A DNA stretch of 50,005 bases from positions 1 through 50,005 of the IMG/VR virus record IMGVR_UViG_3300031825_000373. One strand, 5' to 3'. This document shows positions 25,428 through 36,700 of this stretch, piece by piece. How positions within the stretch are numbered: the first letter of the stretch is position 1; every line of letters starts with the position of its first letter. The position numbers were made by a program, and so were the translations under genes. A model generated the notes under the pieces. It was not told the DNA's origin and made no database searches. It saw nothing but the letters and a program-made list of their open reading frames with translations. Source of the stretch: a virus (taxonomy: Duplodnaviria; Caudoviricetes).

Positions 25428-26429
25428 TTGGTTGACTCTACTCCGTCCCGTTTCCTTCAGGGTCAGGCCGCTGGCGCGACCACGTCGGATATGCGGACGC
25501 TCGCTCTCGACATCTTCGGTGGCGAGGTAATCACCGCGTTCGATCTTGCGACCATCACTGCTGACAAGGTCCAGACGCGCACCCTTTCGGGTGGAATGCG
25601 TTCGGCTCGCTTCCCCAAGATTTGGAAGGCGACCGCTGAGTATCACACCGCTGGTAAGGAACTGCTCGGCAACGAGATCGAGACCGGCGAGATCACGATC
25701 ACCCCGGATGAGCTGCTTGTGGCTCACACCGCGATCTACGATCTCGACGACATCCTCTCGCACTTCGAGGTTCGTGGTCAGTTCAGCTCTGAGCTGGGCC
25801 GTGCCCTTGCCCGCGTCTACGACAAGAACAACTTCCGCCAGATCGTCCTGGCCGCCCGTCGTGCGGCTGATGGTCCGTTCCCCGGTGGCAACGTCATTCA
25901 GGACGCGGCCCTCGTGAACACTGGCGCCATCGACGGCAAGGCGTGGGTGGATGCCATCCGCAAGGCCAACAAGGCGCTGTTCAACAAGGACGTGCCCGAG
26001 TCCGAGACCCGCTACATGGCGGTGAACTGGGACGTGTTCGATGCGATCAAGTACGCGAAGGATGCCAACGGCAACTACCTCGTGCTCGACCGCAACTACA
26101 CCGGCACCCCCAGCTCGGGTGGTATCACCGCTCGTGAGGAGACCCTGCGGATCGATGGCGTGACCATCTACAAGACCCGCAATGCGCCGACCGCCAACGA
26201 GGCGGCCGATGCCACGGTCTACTCCAAGTACCGTGCCGACTACTCCAAGACCACGGCTGTCCTCTGGACGCCGATGTCCGTCGCCAACGTGAAGATGCGC
26301 GACATCACTCTGGAGACGACCCGCGACGTCCGCCGTCAGGAGGACTTCATGGTCGCGTCCATGCTTGCCGGTCACGGCACGCTGCGTCCGGAGTGCGCCG
26401 TCGAGTTCCGTACTGGCGCTCCTGCGTGA
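25428..26429 (+). CDS. Major capsid protein, gp10-like
   Basis: LALDIFGGEVITAF, SARFP, GRALARVYD, GHGTLRPECAVE; TTG start. Confidence 0.93.
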   Translation: MVDSTPSRFLQGQAAGATTSDMRTLALDIFGGEVITAFDLATITADKVQTRTLSGGMRSARFPKIWKATAEYHTAGKELLGNEIETGEITITPDELLVAHTAIYDLDDILSHFEVRGQFSSELGRALARVYDKNNFRQIVLAARRAADGPFPGGNVIQDAALVNTGAIDGKAWVDAIRKANKALFNKDVPESETRYMAVNWDVFDAIKYAKDANGNYLVLDRNYTGTPSSGGITAREETLRIDGVTIYKTRNAPTANEAADATVYSKYRADYSKTTAVLWTPMSVANVKMRDITLETTRDVRRQEDFMVASMLAGHGTLRPECAVEFRTGAPA

Positions 26430-26433
26430 CCCC

Positions 26434-26478
26434 AAGAGGGCGGCTCTTAGCTTCGGCTGAGGGTCGCCCTCTTTTTTT
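26434..26478 (+). terminator. Strong terminator after capsid (T-phi equivalent)
   Basis: 18-bp stem AAGAGGGCGGCTCTTAGC-TTCG-GCTGAGGGTCGCCCTCTT running into a T tract. Confidence 0.9.
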
Positions 26479-26490
26479 CCAAAAGAGGCA

Positions 26491-27093
26491 ATGAGCAACA
26501 AGCTAAGGGCGGTCAACCGATGCCTGAAGGCCATCGGTGAGGCATCCGTCAACTCTCTAAATTCCGGTGTTCCCGACGCTGAGGTTGCCCTGAGCATCCT
26601 CCAGGAAGTCACCGAAGATGTTCTTGAGACCGGGTGGCACTGCAACACCAACTACGGCGTCAAGCTCGTGCCCGACTCGAATGGCCACATCATCGTTCCC
26701 CCGAGCTTCCTCCAGGTTGACTCGACTGCGCGGAGCGCTCGACTGGATGTGACCGTTCGGAAGGACCCGAATGACACGGTCCTCAAGCTGTTCAACATCA
26801 CCGAGCAGACCTTCGTCTTCTCCGGTCCCGTCATCGCCGACGTGATCGTCAACCTGGACTATGACGGCCTTCCCCTGGCCCTCCAGAATTACATCTCGGC
26901 GCGCGCGGCGCGTGAGTTCCAGGAGAGCCAGATGGCCTCCGTGTCCCTCGACGGCTTCACTGTCCGTGCCGAACAGGCCGCCTGGGCAAAGCTCCAGGAC
27001 TACGAGGCCGAGGCCGAGGACAGCAACTGCCTCACCGACAGCGCCTACATGCGCTACGTGCGCGGCCGTAACAGCCCGATCTCGGGTCTCTGA
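26491..27093 (+). CDS. Tail tubular protein A, gp11-like
   Basis: LRAVNRCLKAIGEASVNSL, GWHCN, LPLALQNYISARAAREF. Confidence 0.9.
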   Translation: MSNKLRAVNRCLKAIGEASVNSLNSGVPDAEVALSILQEVTEDVLETGWHCNTNYGVKLVPDSNGHIIVPPSFLQVDSTARSARLDVTVRKDPNDTVLKLFNITEQTFVFSGPVIADVIVNLDYDGLPLALQNYISARAAREFQESQMASVSLDGFTVRAEQAAWAKLQDYEAEAEDSNCLTDSAYMRYVRGRNSPISGL

Positions 27094-29429
27094 TGGGCAA
27101 GCCCATTGAGCAGGCAATCCCCACGATCTTCAGTGGGGTGAGCCGACAGCCCGACTCCGTCCGGTTCCCCGGTCAGGTCCAGGACGCCGAGAATGTGTCG
27201 TTCTCCGTAGAGACCGGAGGCTTCAGCCCCCGGATGCCCCTGAAGCTCATCAGCAAGATCAGCGGCATGGCTCCCGGCGCGGCGCGGCGTCTCCATATCG
27301 TCAACCGCGACGTCACCGAGAAGTACGCCATCGTGCTGTCCTATGGCAGTCTGCGCGTCTTCGACCAGAACGGCTCAGAGAAGGTCGTGAACACCACTCC
27401 CGAGGGGGTGGCTTGGCTGTCGGAAGACCCAAGCAAGTTCAGCATCCTGACCGCCGTGGACTACACGTTCATCGCGAAGAGCACCGTCACCGTCCTGATG
27501 GATCAGGTGAACCTCGCTCCTGCCGCGCCGAGCGATGCTGTCATCTACGTCGCCACCAACTTCTTCTCCGGGACTGACTCATTCTCGGTGACGATCAACG
27601 GCACGACCTCCAGCGTCAACGCCGCCACCTACGGCTCCAACTGGAACCAAGCGTCGTCGAGCGGCATCGCCACCCAGCTGGCGAACAAGCTGACCTCGGA
27701 CCTGGGCACCGGATGGACCATCAACCGTTCCGGCTCCTACATCTTCGTCCGCAAGAACGACGGGGCGGCCTTCACCATTGAGCAGCAGTCCGGCAACGGC
27801 GACAGCGGCATCAAGCTGTACCAGTCGACCGCGTCCAACGTCGCTGAGGCGCCCGAGCGTGGTCGTCACGGCATGATGCTGAACATCAAGGGCGTCACCG
27901 GGGAGGGCTTCTGGATCAAGTTCGAGGCCAACAACACCACCTTGGGCTACGGGGAGGGTGTCTGGCGCGAGACCATGGAGCCAGGTAAGCCCTACAAGCT
28001 CCTGCCCGAGACCCTTCCCTGGGGATTGGTGCGAGAGGCCGATGGCAGCTTCACCCTGAAGAAGCTGACGTGGAACGACAAGACCGCTGGTGGCGAGAAG
28101 GAAGTCCCCGCACCTGACTTTGTGGGCGACAAGATTTCCGACATGGTCTTCTCCCGCAACCGGCTGGGCATCGTCTCTGGTGAGACCTGCTACTTCTCGG
28201 CGGCTGGCGACTATTTCAACTTTTGGCCCGAGACGTCGACTGAGCTGGTAGACTCCGATCCATTCGGCATGACCAACACCACCAACTCGGTGTCCCGGTT
28301 CTACTACGCGGTTCCGTTCCGGCGCTCGATCTTTGTCATGGCGGACAACGCCCAGTTCGAGATTGGTGGCGACATGCTCACTCCGGCCCAGGCCGTGATT
28401 GACTTGGCGACCGCCTATTCGGCCTCGACCGTCTGTCGTCCCGTCGCCGTGGGTGACGAGCTGTACTTCCCCGCCGACAGCGAGGGTGAGACCGCTCTGC
28501 TCTCCTACGTCTACAACGACCGAACGGTGTCCGAGACCGCGAACGACGTCACCAAGCACGCCCGAGGCTTCGTCCCGAAGCCCGTGGTGGAGATGGTGGG
28601 TGATCCCATCGGCGGTCAGGTGCTCGCCTTGAGTGCAGGCGCCAGGACCGACCTCTACTGCCATCGGTTCTTCTACCAGGGCAACGAGCGGGTCCAGTCC
28701 GCATGGTCACGGTTCCGGTTCCCCAGCCTCAACATCCTCTCCATCGCTCGGCTCAACAACCGGGTGATGCTCCTGGTGGAGTTCCGAGGGGCGGTGTGGC
28801 TGGCGAGTATGCTCCTCAACGACGAGCGCCTGGAGGGCTACAGCTGGGTTCCCCGGCTGGACTACCACCAGACCCTCACTGGGACCTACAGCCCGACGAC
28901 CGACCGGACCTCGTGGTCCCTGGGCTTTGCACCACAGAACCCCATCGCCGTCACGTCCGACCTGTTCCCCGAAGGCAAACGTATGCTGTCCGTCCCGCTG
29001 ACGGTCAGCGGCACCACGGTGAGCGCCAAGGGAGACTGGACGGCGGCACCGATGATGATCGGGGAGGGCTTCTCCTCCTTCGTCCTGTTCTCGAAGCAGT
29101 TCCTGCGGAACGACCAGGGCACGGCCATCGTCAATGGGCGTCTCCAGCTGCGTCACATGACCCTTCGGTACACCGATGCAGGGTTCTTCAATGTCACGGT
29201 GACGCCCTATGGGCGCGATCCGAAGACTTGGACGTTCACTGGTCGCCGGGTGGGTGACTTCCTGAACCGTATTCAATCGTACCCGATCACGTCGGGCAAG
29301 TTCCGCTTCTGGATCAACTCCAACAGCGAAACAACGGAGATCAAGGTGTGGAGCGACAGCTTCCTGCCGTACACGATCACCTCGGCCGCGTGGATTGGTT
29401 TCTTCAACGAAGTGTCAAGACAAGGATAA
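27093..29429 (+). CDS. Tail tubular protein B, gp12-like
   Basis: SGVSRQPD..RFPGQ, FSRNRL, QSAWSRF, GRLQLR; 778 aa. Confidence 0.92.
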   Translation: MGKPIEQAIPTIFSGVSRQPDSVRFPGQVQDAENVSFSVETGGFSPRMPLKLISKISGMAPGAARRLHIVNRDVTEKYAIVLSYGSLRVFDQNGSEKVVNTTPEGVAWLSEDPSKFSILTAVDYTFIAKSTVTVLMDQVNLAPAAPSDAVIYVATNFFSGTDSFSVTINGTTSSVNAATYGSNWNQASSSGIATQLANKLTSDLGTGWTINRSGSYIFVRKNDGAAFTIEQQSGNGDSGIKLYQSTASNVAEAPERGRHGMMLNIKGVTGEGFWIKFEANNTTLGYGEGVWRETMEPGKPYKLLPETLPWGLVREADGSFTLKKLTWNDKTAGGEKEVPAPDFVGDKISDMVFSRNRLGIVSGETCYFSAAGDYFNFWPETSTELVDSDPFGMTNTTNSVSRFYYAVPFRRSIFVMADNAQFEIGGDMLTPAQAVIDLATAYSASTVCRPVAVGDELYFPADSEGETALLSYVYNDRTVSETANDVTKHARGFVPKPVVEMVGDPIGGQVLALSAGARTDLYCHRFFYQGNERVQSAWSRFRFPSLNILSIARLNNRVMLLVEFRGAVWLASMLLNDERLEGYSWVPRLDYHQTLTGTYSPTTDRTSWSLGFAPQNPIAVTSDLFPEGKRMLSVPLTVSGTTVSAKGDWTAAPMMIGEGFSSFVLFSKQFLRNDQGTAIVNGRLQLRHMTLRYTDAGFFNVTVTPYGRDPKTWTFTGRRVGDFLNRIQSYPITSGKFRFWINSNSETTEIKVWSDSFLPYTITSAAWIGFFNEVSRQG

Positions 29430-29439
29430 GAGCAACAGC

Positions 29440-29982
29440 ATGGGTCCGATCATGCCGATGCTGATGATTGGACAGGCTGTCCTGGGAGTGGTGACGGGCT
29501 TTGCGCAAATGAGCGCGGCCCGTTCTGCCCAGCAGGCGGCCAACGAAGCTGCCACTCGTCAGATCAAGGCAACCTATGACGAGGTCTCCCGACAGCAGAA
29601 GGAGGTCAACCGCATCGCGGTGGAGCAAGCCTCCGACCGCATCCGGGCGGCCAACGCCGAGCTGGGCACGGTTCGCACCTCTGCTGGCGAGCGCGGCGTT
29701 TCCGGGACGACCATGGTCTCCTTCGCGCGGGCTATCGGCGCCCTGGAAGGTGTCGACCTGTCCCGTATCGAGAAGAACCGTCAGTCCAACATCGCAGCCG
29801 GTGAGGCCGCGAAGCGGGACGCACAGAACAACTACATCACCGCCGTGACCATCGCAGCCAATCAGGCTAGCGCCGCGACCACCTCTGCGTGGCTCGGTAT
29901 GGCGGGTTCCGGTCTTCAGATCGGCGCGAGCTACGCTGGCTATCAGCAGCGTCAGTCCTACTACCAGAACAAGAGGGCTTGA
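29440..29982 (+). CDS. Internal virion protein, gp14-like
   Basis: Hydrophobic N- and C-terminal segments, Ala/Gln-rich, AGERGVSG; synteny. Confidence 0.75.
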   Translation: MGPIMPMLMIGQAVLGVVTGFAQMSAARSAQQAANEAATRQIKATYDEVSRQQKEVNRIAVEQASDRIRAANAELGTVRTSAGERGVSGTTMVSFARAIGALEGVDLSRIEKNRQSNIAAGEAAKRDAQNNYITAVTIAANQASAATTSAWLGMAGSGLQIGASYAGYQQRQSYYQNKRA

Positions 29983-32387
29983 TGGCCAAGGAAATCCGCT
30001 CCGGCCGCACACAGGTCCAGACCCCCGGTCTCCCTGCCGCCCCAAGTGAGCGCTCCAAGCTCGTTGCCCAGCCGGTTCCCGAGTTCAAATCCAGCCGCCT
30101 CGGCCTCGACGGCCTGAGCCAGTCCTTCGCCAACTTCTTCGGCGCGACCAGCAAGGCCGCCGAGACGTTGATGCAGGCTGTCGAGCTGGGCGACCGCAAG
30201 CGGATCGAGCAGGAGAACATGGCGCAGAAGCGTCAGGCCGTGGGTGATGCCCTGACGGGCAAGGCCATGGATCAGGCCGGGTCCGAGGACTACGACTACT
30301 ACGACACCTACCGCACGGTCCTCGCTGAGAAGACCGGATCGGAGGCTGTCCGCGAGTTCAAGGACTGGTATCAGAAGGACTTCCTCCAGAAGACCCCTGA
30401 CTCCGACCTCGCCCAGGCGCGACAGGAATGGGCCATCAAGAACCTCACCGGGTCCAACGACCACGAGTTCGAGGGGATGTCTCTCTCGGCCTTCTACAAG
30501 GGCACCGAGACGATGCTGGGGACCCACATGGAGTCCCGCCTCAAGGCTCAGTTCGCCAAGGGCAAGGACAACCTGGAGGCCGTCATCGACGCTGATGCCG
30601 GCAACGGGTCCATCTCGCCCGAGCGCATCGCCTTCTACATCCAGGCGGCTCAGAAGCTCGACCCCCTGAATGCCCACGAGGCGGCGCCCATGGTGGCGAA
30701 TGCCTTGTCCGTCGCTGTGCAGAACCACCCCGACAAGTCCCAGGCCATCCTCTCGGTCCTCGACCGGGAAGGCACGGGCATCAACGGGAAGTCCTTCGCG
30801 GCGTCCTTCCCTGACTCCTACGCCAAGCTCCAGCAGAAGGCTGTCACCAGCTTCGAGCAGACGAACACGATGGCGGAATGGGAAGCGGTGAATGGCCTGC
30901 GTGAGCGCGCCATGAAGCTGAAGGAGATGAACGACGACGACCTTGCGGCCTTCGGTGAGGACCTGATCCGGACCCGGAACCGCTACGGCGCCGCCAACGA
31001 CATCAAGTCCCTCCAGGGTCTCCTGGTCCACGAGGCTGACCGCCGCGCGACCGAAGGGGCCAACTTCGCTCACGTCCAGCAGATGCTCATGGGAGCCACG
31101 CCGACCGACGTCGACGTCCTCAAGAAGAACCTGCCGGACTACATGAAGAAGGTCATGGGGATCGACAACATCCTGAAGGCCGACCCCACCCAGGTGAGCC
31201 AAATCCTGGTCAAGGCCGGGACGGTCGTTCCCGAGGACTTCAAGGCCCAGGTGTCTGGCGCCCTGGTCAACTTCGACAACCCCGCTGGCCAGATGGCTGC
31301 GGCCAATCTCCTCTTCTCAATTGAGAAGCAGCGGGACCAGAAGTTCGCGGCCAACTACCTGACCGACGAAGCATACCGCTATTACAAGCACATCTCCGAC
31401 GAGCAGGTGCTGACCAACGAGCCCATCGAAGCCACGCTCGCGCGTGTCGGTGAGCTGCGGCGGACGGCAAAGCCGGTGGAGTCCTGGGCTGCGGTGGTGG
31501 GCAAGCCTCCGGGTGAGACCAGGGTCGAGGTCGACAAGAAGCTCAACGCCGCCATCAAGACCACTTTCGGTGGCTCTGGTGCGTTCGGCACCGGCTTCTT
31601 CCGGTCTGACGTGTTCGTGCCTCCGGACATCCGGGAGCGGATCACCGACTATGCCATGGCGGTTGTCTCCGAGCGCGGCGCCCAGGGCGTCGAGTGGAGC
31701 AAGGCTGTGGAGGAGGCTGTGGGTCGCATGGCGAACCGGGCCGACGTCATTCCGCAGAACGGGACCTACGTCCTTCGGATCAACGACAACCAGAACGACG
31801 CCTACACCGAGAACGGCGTGACCGTCCCTCGGACCAAGCTCGGCCTGGAGGTCTACAACCCGAAGACCGGGAGCAACGTCAACACGGTCAAGGTCTATGA
31901 AACCCAGCTCGACCAGCTGGTGCAGAAGGCCCCGTTCTTCCTGAAGAATGGCACGGCCGACGACGTGTCCCTGATCGAGCATCCCTTCGCTGTCGCCAAG
32001 GGCTCCTATGCGGTCGCCCAGAACGGCAACTACCGGGTCTTCGAGCCGGGTGAGAAGGTCGAGCTGTGGTCTCACGAGGTCAGCATGACCGATGGTCGCT
32101 GGGAGAAGGTCAAGGACGGCAAGGAGGCCGTCATCCCCGACAACGAGACAGCTCTGAACGCCATGTTCCAGGGCCGCCTTCCGAAGGGCTTTGGCTTCGT
32201 CCGCATCCCCCTGAGCGACAACAAGACCGGCTGGATGCTCGCCTATCGTCCCAACTTCGGGCAGGACGAAGGGATCACCCTGGAGGAGCGTGAGAAGGCA
32301 TTCCAGCCTCCTGCGGCACCTCCTCCCATCCGTCAGGTTGTCTTCGCCCCCAGAACCCCATCCCAACGCATTGCTGAAGGGAAATAA
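29982..32387 (+). CDS. Internal virion (ejection) protein, gp15-like
   Basis: About 800 aa helical protein in the gp15 slot; start at MAKEIRSG by TGATG coupling. Confidence 0.7.
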   Translation: MAKEIRSGRTQVQTPGLPAAPSERSKLVAQPVPEFKSSRLGLDGLSQSFANFFGATSKAAETLMQAVELGDRKRIEQENMAQKRQAVGDALTGKAMDQAGSEDYDYYDTYRTVLAEKTGSEAVREFKDWYQKDFLQKTPDSDLAQARQEWAIKNLTGSNDHEFEGMSLSAFYKGTETMLGTHMESRLKAQFAKGKDNLEAVIDADAGNGSISPERIAFYIQAAQKLDPLNAHEAAPMVANALSVAVQNHPDKSQAILSVLDREGTGINGKSFAASFPDSYAKLQQKAVTSFEQTNTMAEWEAVNGLRERAMKLKEMNDDDLAAFGEDLIRTRNRYGAANDIKSLQGLLVHEADRRATEGANFAHVQQMLMGATPTDVDVLKKNLPDYMKKVMGIDNILKADPTQVSQILVKAGTVVPEDFKAQVSGALVNFDNPAGQMAAANLLFSIEKQRDQKFAANYLTDEAYRYYKHISDEQVLTNEPIEATLARVGELRRTAKPVESWAAVVGKPPGETRVEVDKKLNAAIKTTFGGSGAFGTGFFRSDVFVPPDIRERITDYAMAVVSERGAQGVEWSKAVEEAVGRMANRADVIPQNGTYVLRINDNQNDAYTENGVTVPRTKLGLEVYNPKTGSNVNTVKVYETQLDQLVQKAPFFLKNGTADDVSLIEHPFAVAKGSYAVAQNGNYRVFEPGEKVELWSHEVSMTDGRWEKVKDGKEAVIPDNETALNAMFQGRLPKGFGFVRIPLSDNKTGWMLAYRPNFGQDEGITLEEREKAFQPPAAPPPIRQVVFAPRTPSQRIAEGK

Positions 32388-33685
32388 TGGCCTACGCTGA
32401 CTACAGCGGTCAGCCTTTCGACGCCAAGAAGAAGCGTGAGGAAATCCTAGGCGATCTCCAGGACCGCCTCTTCCAGCGTTTCCGCAGGGCGGGAGCGGTG
32501 CCCATGACCTCCGAGGTCACGCGCATCCTCCCTCCTCCTGCGACCGGAGCTGATCTGCTGGCAAACGTCCAGTCCGAGGTGACGCGAGCCTATGTGACCG
32601 AGGGTCCTCGCTTCCTCGACCGACACTCGACGTCCTCCGAGGACACCTACCGCTCTCGCCGCTTCGACTTCATCTCGGGCCAGGAGGGCATTAACCTCAC
32701 CGCCTACGATGACCGCACCGGCAAGCGCGTGACGAACGGCCCGGTCCAGGGCAACGTCACCGTGGGTGTTGGCTTCAACATGGACCGCTCGGGCGCCAGG
32801 GAAACCTGGAAGGCCGTATTCGGGGACAACGTCTCATTCGACGACGTGCGCTCCGGCAAGACCAGCCTGTCCAACGATCAGGCCAAGGCCCTGTTCGAGC
32901 ACGACATGATGTACTTCGAGGGCGTTGTCTCCAAGGCGGCCGGTGGGCGCGCCCTGACGGAGAACCAGCGGCTTGCCCTGGTGTCCATCGCCTACAACAC
33001 CCCAAGCCGCGTGGCCGGTTGGGCGAACGTCATCCAGTCCGGTGACGATCAGGCGTTGACGCAGGAAATCCTCTACAACTCCTTCGCGAAGGATCACCCG
33101 CTTTCCAAGGGGCTCCAGTCCCGACGCTACCGCGAGGCCGCTCTGTTCGGAACCATCTCGGAAGCCAAGGACAAGCTCCCGACCTTCTCGACCTACCAGA
33201 AGTTCGACCCTGGCCAGGACATGGACGTCAACACGTTCAAGTCCAAGCACTACACATGGCAGGACTTCCGGAACGACCGCTTCCAGGACGCCAAGGTCAG
33301 CAGTGGTCTGGTGGGTCTCCTGGACACCGTCTCCGACCAGTTCGGCGGGAAGCTGAAGCTCACCTCGGGCTACCGATCCCCCGACTACAACGCCAAGGCA
33401 TCGTTCTCCGGCAAGGACGGTCCCCACACCCACGGCTACGCTGCGGACATCGACGTCTCCAGCTACAGCGACGAGCAGAAGCGCCAGCTGGTGTCTCTCC
33501 TGGTCGCCAACGGCGCGCGCGGTGTGGGTCACTACAGCAACGGTTCGATCCACGTCGACCTTCGCCCGACTGCGGGCAAGGGGCCGGGTGGTCTCGCGCT
33601 GTGGTGGAACAAGAACGAGCCCTACACCAACGGTCAGTCGTGGTTCGCTGAAGGCGTGGACCAAGGCTTGACACCCAAATCCTGA
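32387..33685 (+). CDS. Virion-associated two-domain peptidoglycan hydrolase: phage lysozyme-like plus peptidase M15-like
   Basis: EGINLTAYDD...TVGVG...ALVSIAYN...RRYREAALF (GH24-like); LTSGYRS..YN...HTHGYAADI...IHVD (M15 Zn peptidase). Confidence 0.8.
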   Translation: MAYADYSGQPFDAKKKREEILGDLQDRLFQRFRRAGAVPMTSEVTRILPPPATGADLLANVQSEVTRAYVTEGPRFLDRHSTSSEDTYRSRRFDFISGQEGINLTAYDDRTGKRVTNGPVQGNVTVGVGFNMDRSGARETWKAVFGDNVSFDDVRSGKTSLSNDQAKALFEHDMMYFEGVVSKAAGGRALTENQRLALVSIAYNTPSRVAGWANVIQSGDDQALTQEILYNSFAKDHPLSKGLQSRRYREAALFGTISEAKDKLPTFSTYQKFDPGQDMDVNTFKSKHYTWQDFRNDRFQDAKVSSGLVGLLDTVSDQFGGKLKLTSGYRSPDYNAKASFSGKDGPHTHGYAADIDVSSYSDEQKRQLVSLLVANGARGVGHYSNGSIHVDLRPTAGKGPGGLALWWNKNEPYTNGQSWFAEGVDQGLTPKS

Positions 33686-33700
33686 GGAACCTGAAACCGA

Positions 33701-36700
33701 ATGTGGACTGCCTCTCCGACGCCGGATGAGGTCCAGACTGAGAATGCTCGGGGGGCCATGATGATCCCCCGAGTTTCCATCGTGGACAAACCGTTCAGCC
33801 CTGACGACGAGGGGGGCTTTGGCTCCGCTTTCGGAGCGGCCTTCCTCCGACAGAACACCCTGATCTCCGCTCTCCACGAGATGACGGACGGAGACACCGC
33901 CACGGCCGAGGAAGTGCTTTCCGGCCGGGCCTCCAATTTCAACCCCTACACCTACCTGCGCGAGAACGTCGACAAGGACACCCTCGCCAAGGTCCAGCCC
34001 TTCGTGAGCCGTGGTGACTTCGAGGCGGCCATGTCGCCCCGTCAGGTCCAGGCCATCGTGGCGGACATCCAGTACGACGAGGAGCTTCAGAAGCGCGAGG
34101 GCAGCTCATTCCTGGGCTCACTCGCCGGGTCCTTCGTGACCTCCCTCATCGACCCCACCACCTACATTCCCGGCATCGGACTGGCCGCCAAGGGCTCGAC
34201 CCTGGGCAAGATCGGCCTCAGCGCTGCCAACGCAGTGCTCTCTGCCGGTATCTCCGAAGCCGCCCTCCAGGCCACGCAGCGCAACCGCTCGGCGGCCGAG
34301 ACCATCATGGGCATTGGCACAGCCGGTGTCCTCGGCGCTGGCGTCGGCGTGTTCGCTCACGCCCTCGGCCGCTCTTCGCTGCTGAACCCCGAGCACCCCA
34401 ACAACCCCCTCCGGACGGAGAACCTGACGGCCAACGGCGAGATCGTCCGGACGCCTGATGGTCACTTCTCCGACGACCTGTCGAGCGCCGAGCTGGGCTC
34501 CATGCGTGAGCTGGCTGAAGGCGGTTCCATCGGCGCGGCGCGCGTCGACGCCAACGAGATGCTGGCGGGCCGGGTCCTCCGCAATGAGCCCACCACGCCC
34601 ATCGGCAAGGCCCTGCGGACGGTGGACGACTTCATCAACTCCAAGACCATCGTTGGTCGTGTCGTGCGTGCGTCCTCTGACGCGGCGCGTGCCATTGGCC
34701 TGCGCATCATGGACCCCGGTGGCATCCTCCTCGACCTCCATCTCAACGGGAAGGCGGTCAAGCCCTCGGCCGAGATGCTGAAGGCGGACTACATGACCGA
34801 GGCCCACCAGTTGGTCGTCGGTCTGGAGGCCAGCACCCGAGCGGTGAACATGAAGGTCGCAGAGCTGCCCGGCTACAGTGGCCCGAAGACCACCCACGAA
34901 GACGTCCTCAAGCTCACCCAGCGGCGCCTCTGGGGCGTCGAGGACACGGCTGTGGAAGACGCTCTCTCGGCCAAGTACGGCGATCAGGCGTTCGAGATCA
35001 TCGCCGCCCAAGCTGACACCAACGTCGCCAAGGTCCACGGTCTCAACGACATCTGGGAGGCCCGGCTGGTCAAGGAAGGTGTCCTCCAGGACGCCGAGAA
35101 GATCGGCACGCTGACGACCGAGGTGGACAAGGCCAAGTCCGAGATCGAGACCCTGAAGGCTCAGAAGGAAGCGCTCGACCCCGAAGTGGGTGGCGGCGCC
35201 GAGATCGACGCCCAGCTGGCCGACGCCCGTGCTCGCCGGGACCGCTTCAAGAAGGAGCTGGTGTCCGAGACGTCCAAGGCCAAGCCCCTGGGCCGCCAGT
35301 ACGGTCACGCCCAGATGTGGAACCGCGACGTCCTCATCGAGAACCCCGACGAGTTCCGAGGCTTCCTCCTCGACGCCCTCGCGACGAAGCCCGATGCCGA
35401 ATGGCTGATGGAACGCTTCGATCTCGACCAGGGTGGACTGGAGAAGCTGGCCACCCAGGATCAGGCCAAGTACCGCGAGGTGCTGACCGAGTGGGCCGGG
35501 GACCAGTTCTATGTCGAGCTGACCCAGGCCGAGCACGCCGCCAAGGCCGCCGAGGAAGCCTTCAAGACGTCCAAGCTGGACCTGAAGGAGAGCCTGCGCG
35601 CTGTCGGCGTGATGAAGCGCGAAGAGAAGGACCTGACGGTTAAGCAGGCCCGCGCCAAGCGGGACCAGTTCTGGTCGCAGCTCCAGGCCACTCGCGCACG
35701 TCGTGACGAGCTGGAAGGCGCCAAGAGGGAGTTCCTTCACGCCGCCCAGGCGAACCGCCAGCAGGCGGCTTTCCGGGAAGCGAATGGACCTTCTCCGTTT
35801 GGTGCTCGACGTGACCAGCTGGTTGCCCAGGGCGACAAGGTCAATGACAAGCTCCAGGCTGCACTCGACGATGTCCTGACGGACCCGGCGACGCCGCAGG
35901 GACGCGCTTTCGACGCAGGCGACGTGGTCCAGCTGACCATGAAGCAGGGCCAGAAGAACGACGCCATCGCTCAGACGGAAGCCCGCGCTCGACAGGATCG
36001 GGACCACGTCTCGATTGCTTCGGCGCGCTGGCAGGGCAAGACGGAGGAAATCTCCCGCCAGCTCGACAAGGTTTCCAAGAAGCTCGCCGCCATGGAAGCC
36101 CGTGCGGCTGATCTGGACGCGCGCCTCGCGGCCTTCGAGAAGGCTCAGGAGTTCGTGCGGGTCAAGAAGGAGGCCCTGAACGAACGCTTCTTCTACGCCA
36201 AGGAGCAGACCAAGCTCGACTTCAAGACCCTGCGGGAAGCCAAGAAGGCGCTCCGCAAGGCCAAGGGCGCAACGCCCCTGGAGGAGGTCGTGGATGACAT
36301 CTACCGGAACCTGTCGAACACTGGCCGACTGCCTTCGGGCATCATGGACCGTATTGGCACGACCGGGGACCGCACCACGGGCCGCCTGAAGGAGCGCATC
36401 CTGCATCTCGATCAGGCCCAGCGTACCGAAGCTCTCCAGAAGGGGTGGCTGAAGGACGACCTCGCGAACATCCTGCATGGCCAGTACGACCAGCTTTCGG
36501 CTGAGCTGGCGCTGCGGGAAGGTGTTGGTTATGGGCCGGGCCGCCAGTTCACCTCTTGGAACGACGTCATGGACACCGTCATGCGGGACTATGACAACCT
36601 GATCCAGGAGGCTCCCGACCGGAAGACCAAGGACAAGCTCCACGCCCAGAAGAGGATCATCCTCGACGACCTGGAGGAAGCTCGCAACCGGCTGAAGGGC

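Noticed and set aside
26380-26435. T7 10A/10B-type capsid frameshift extension
   Set aside because: No slippery sequence is evident, and a strong terminator follows the stop immediately.
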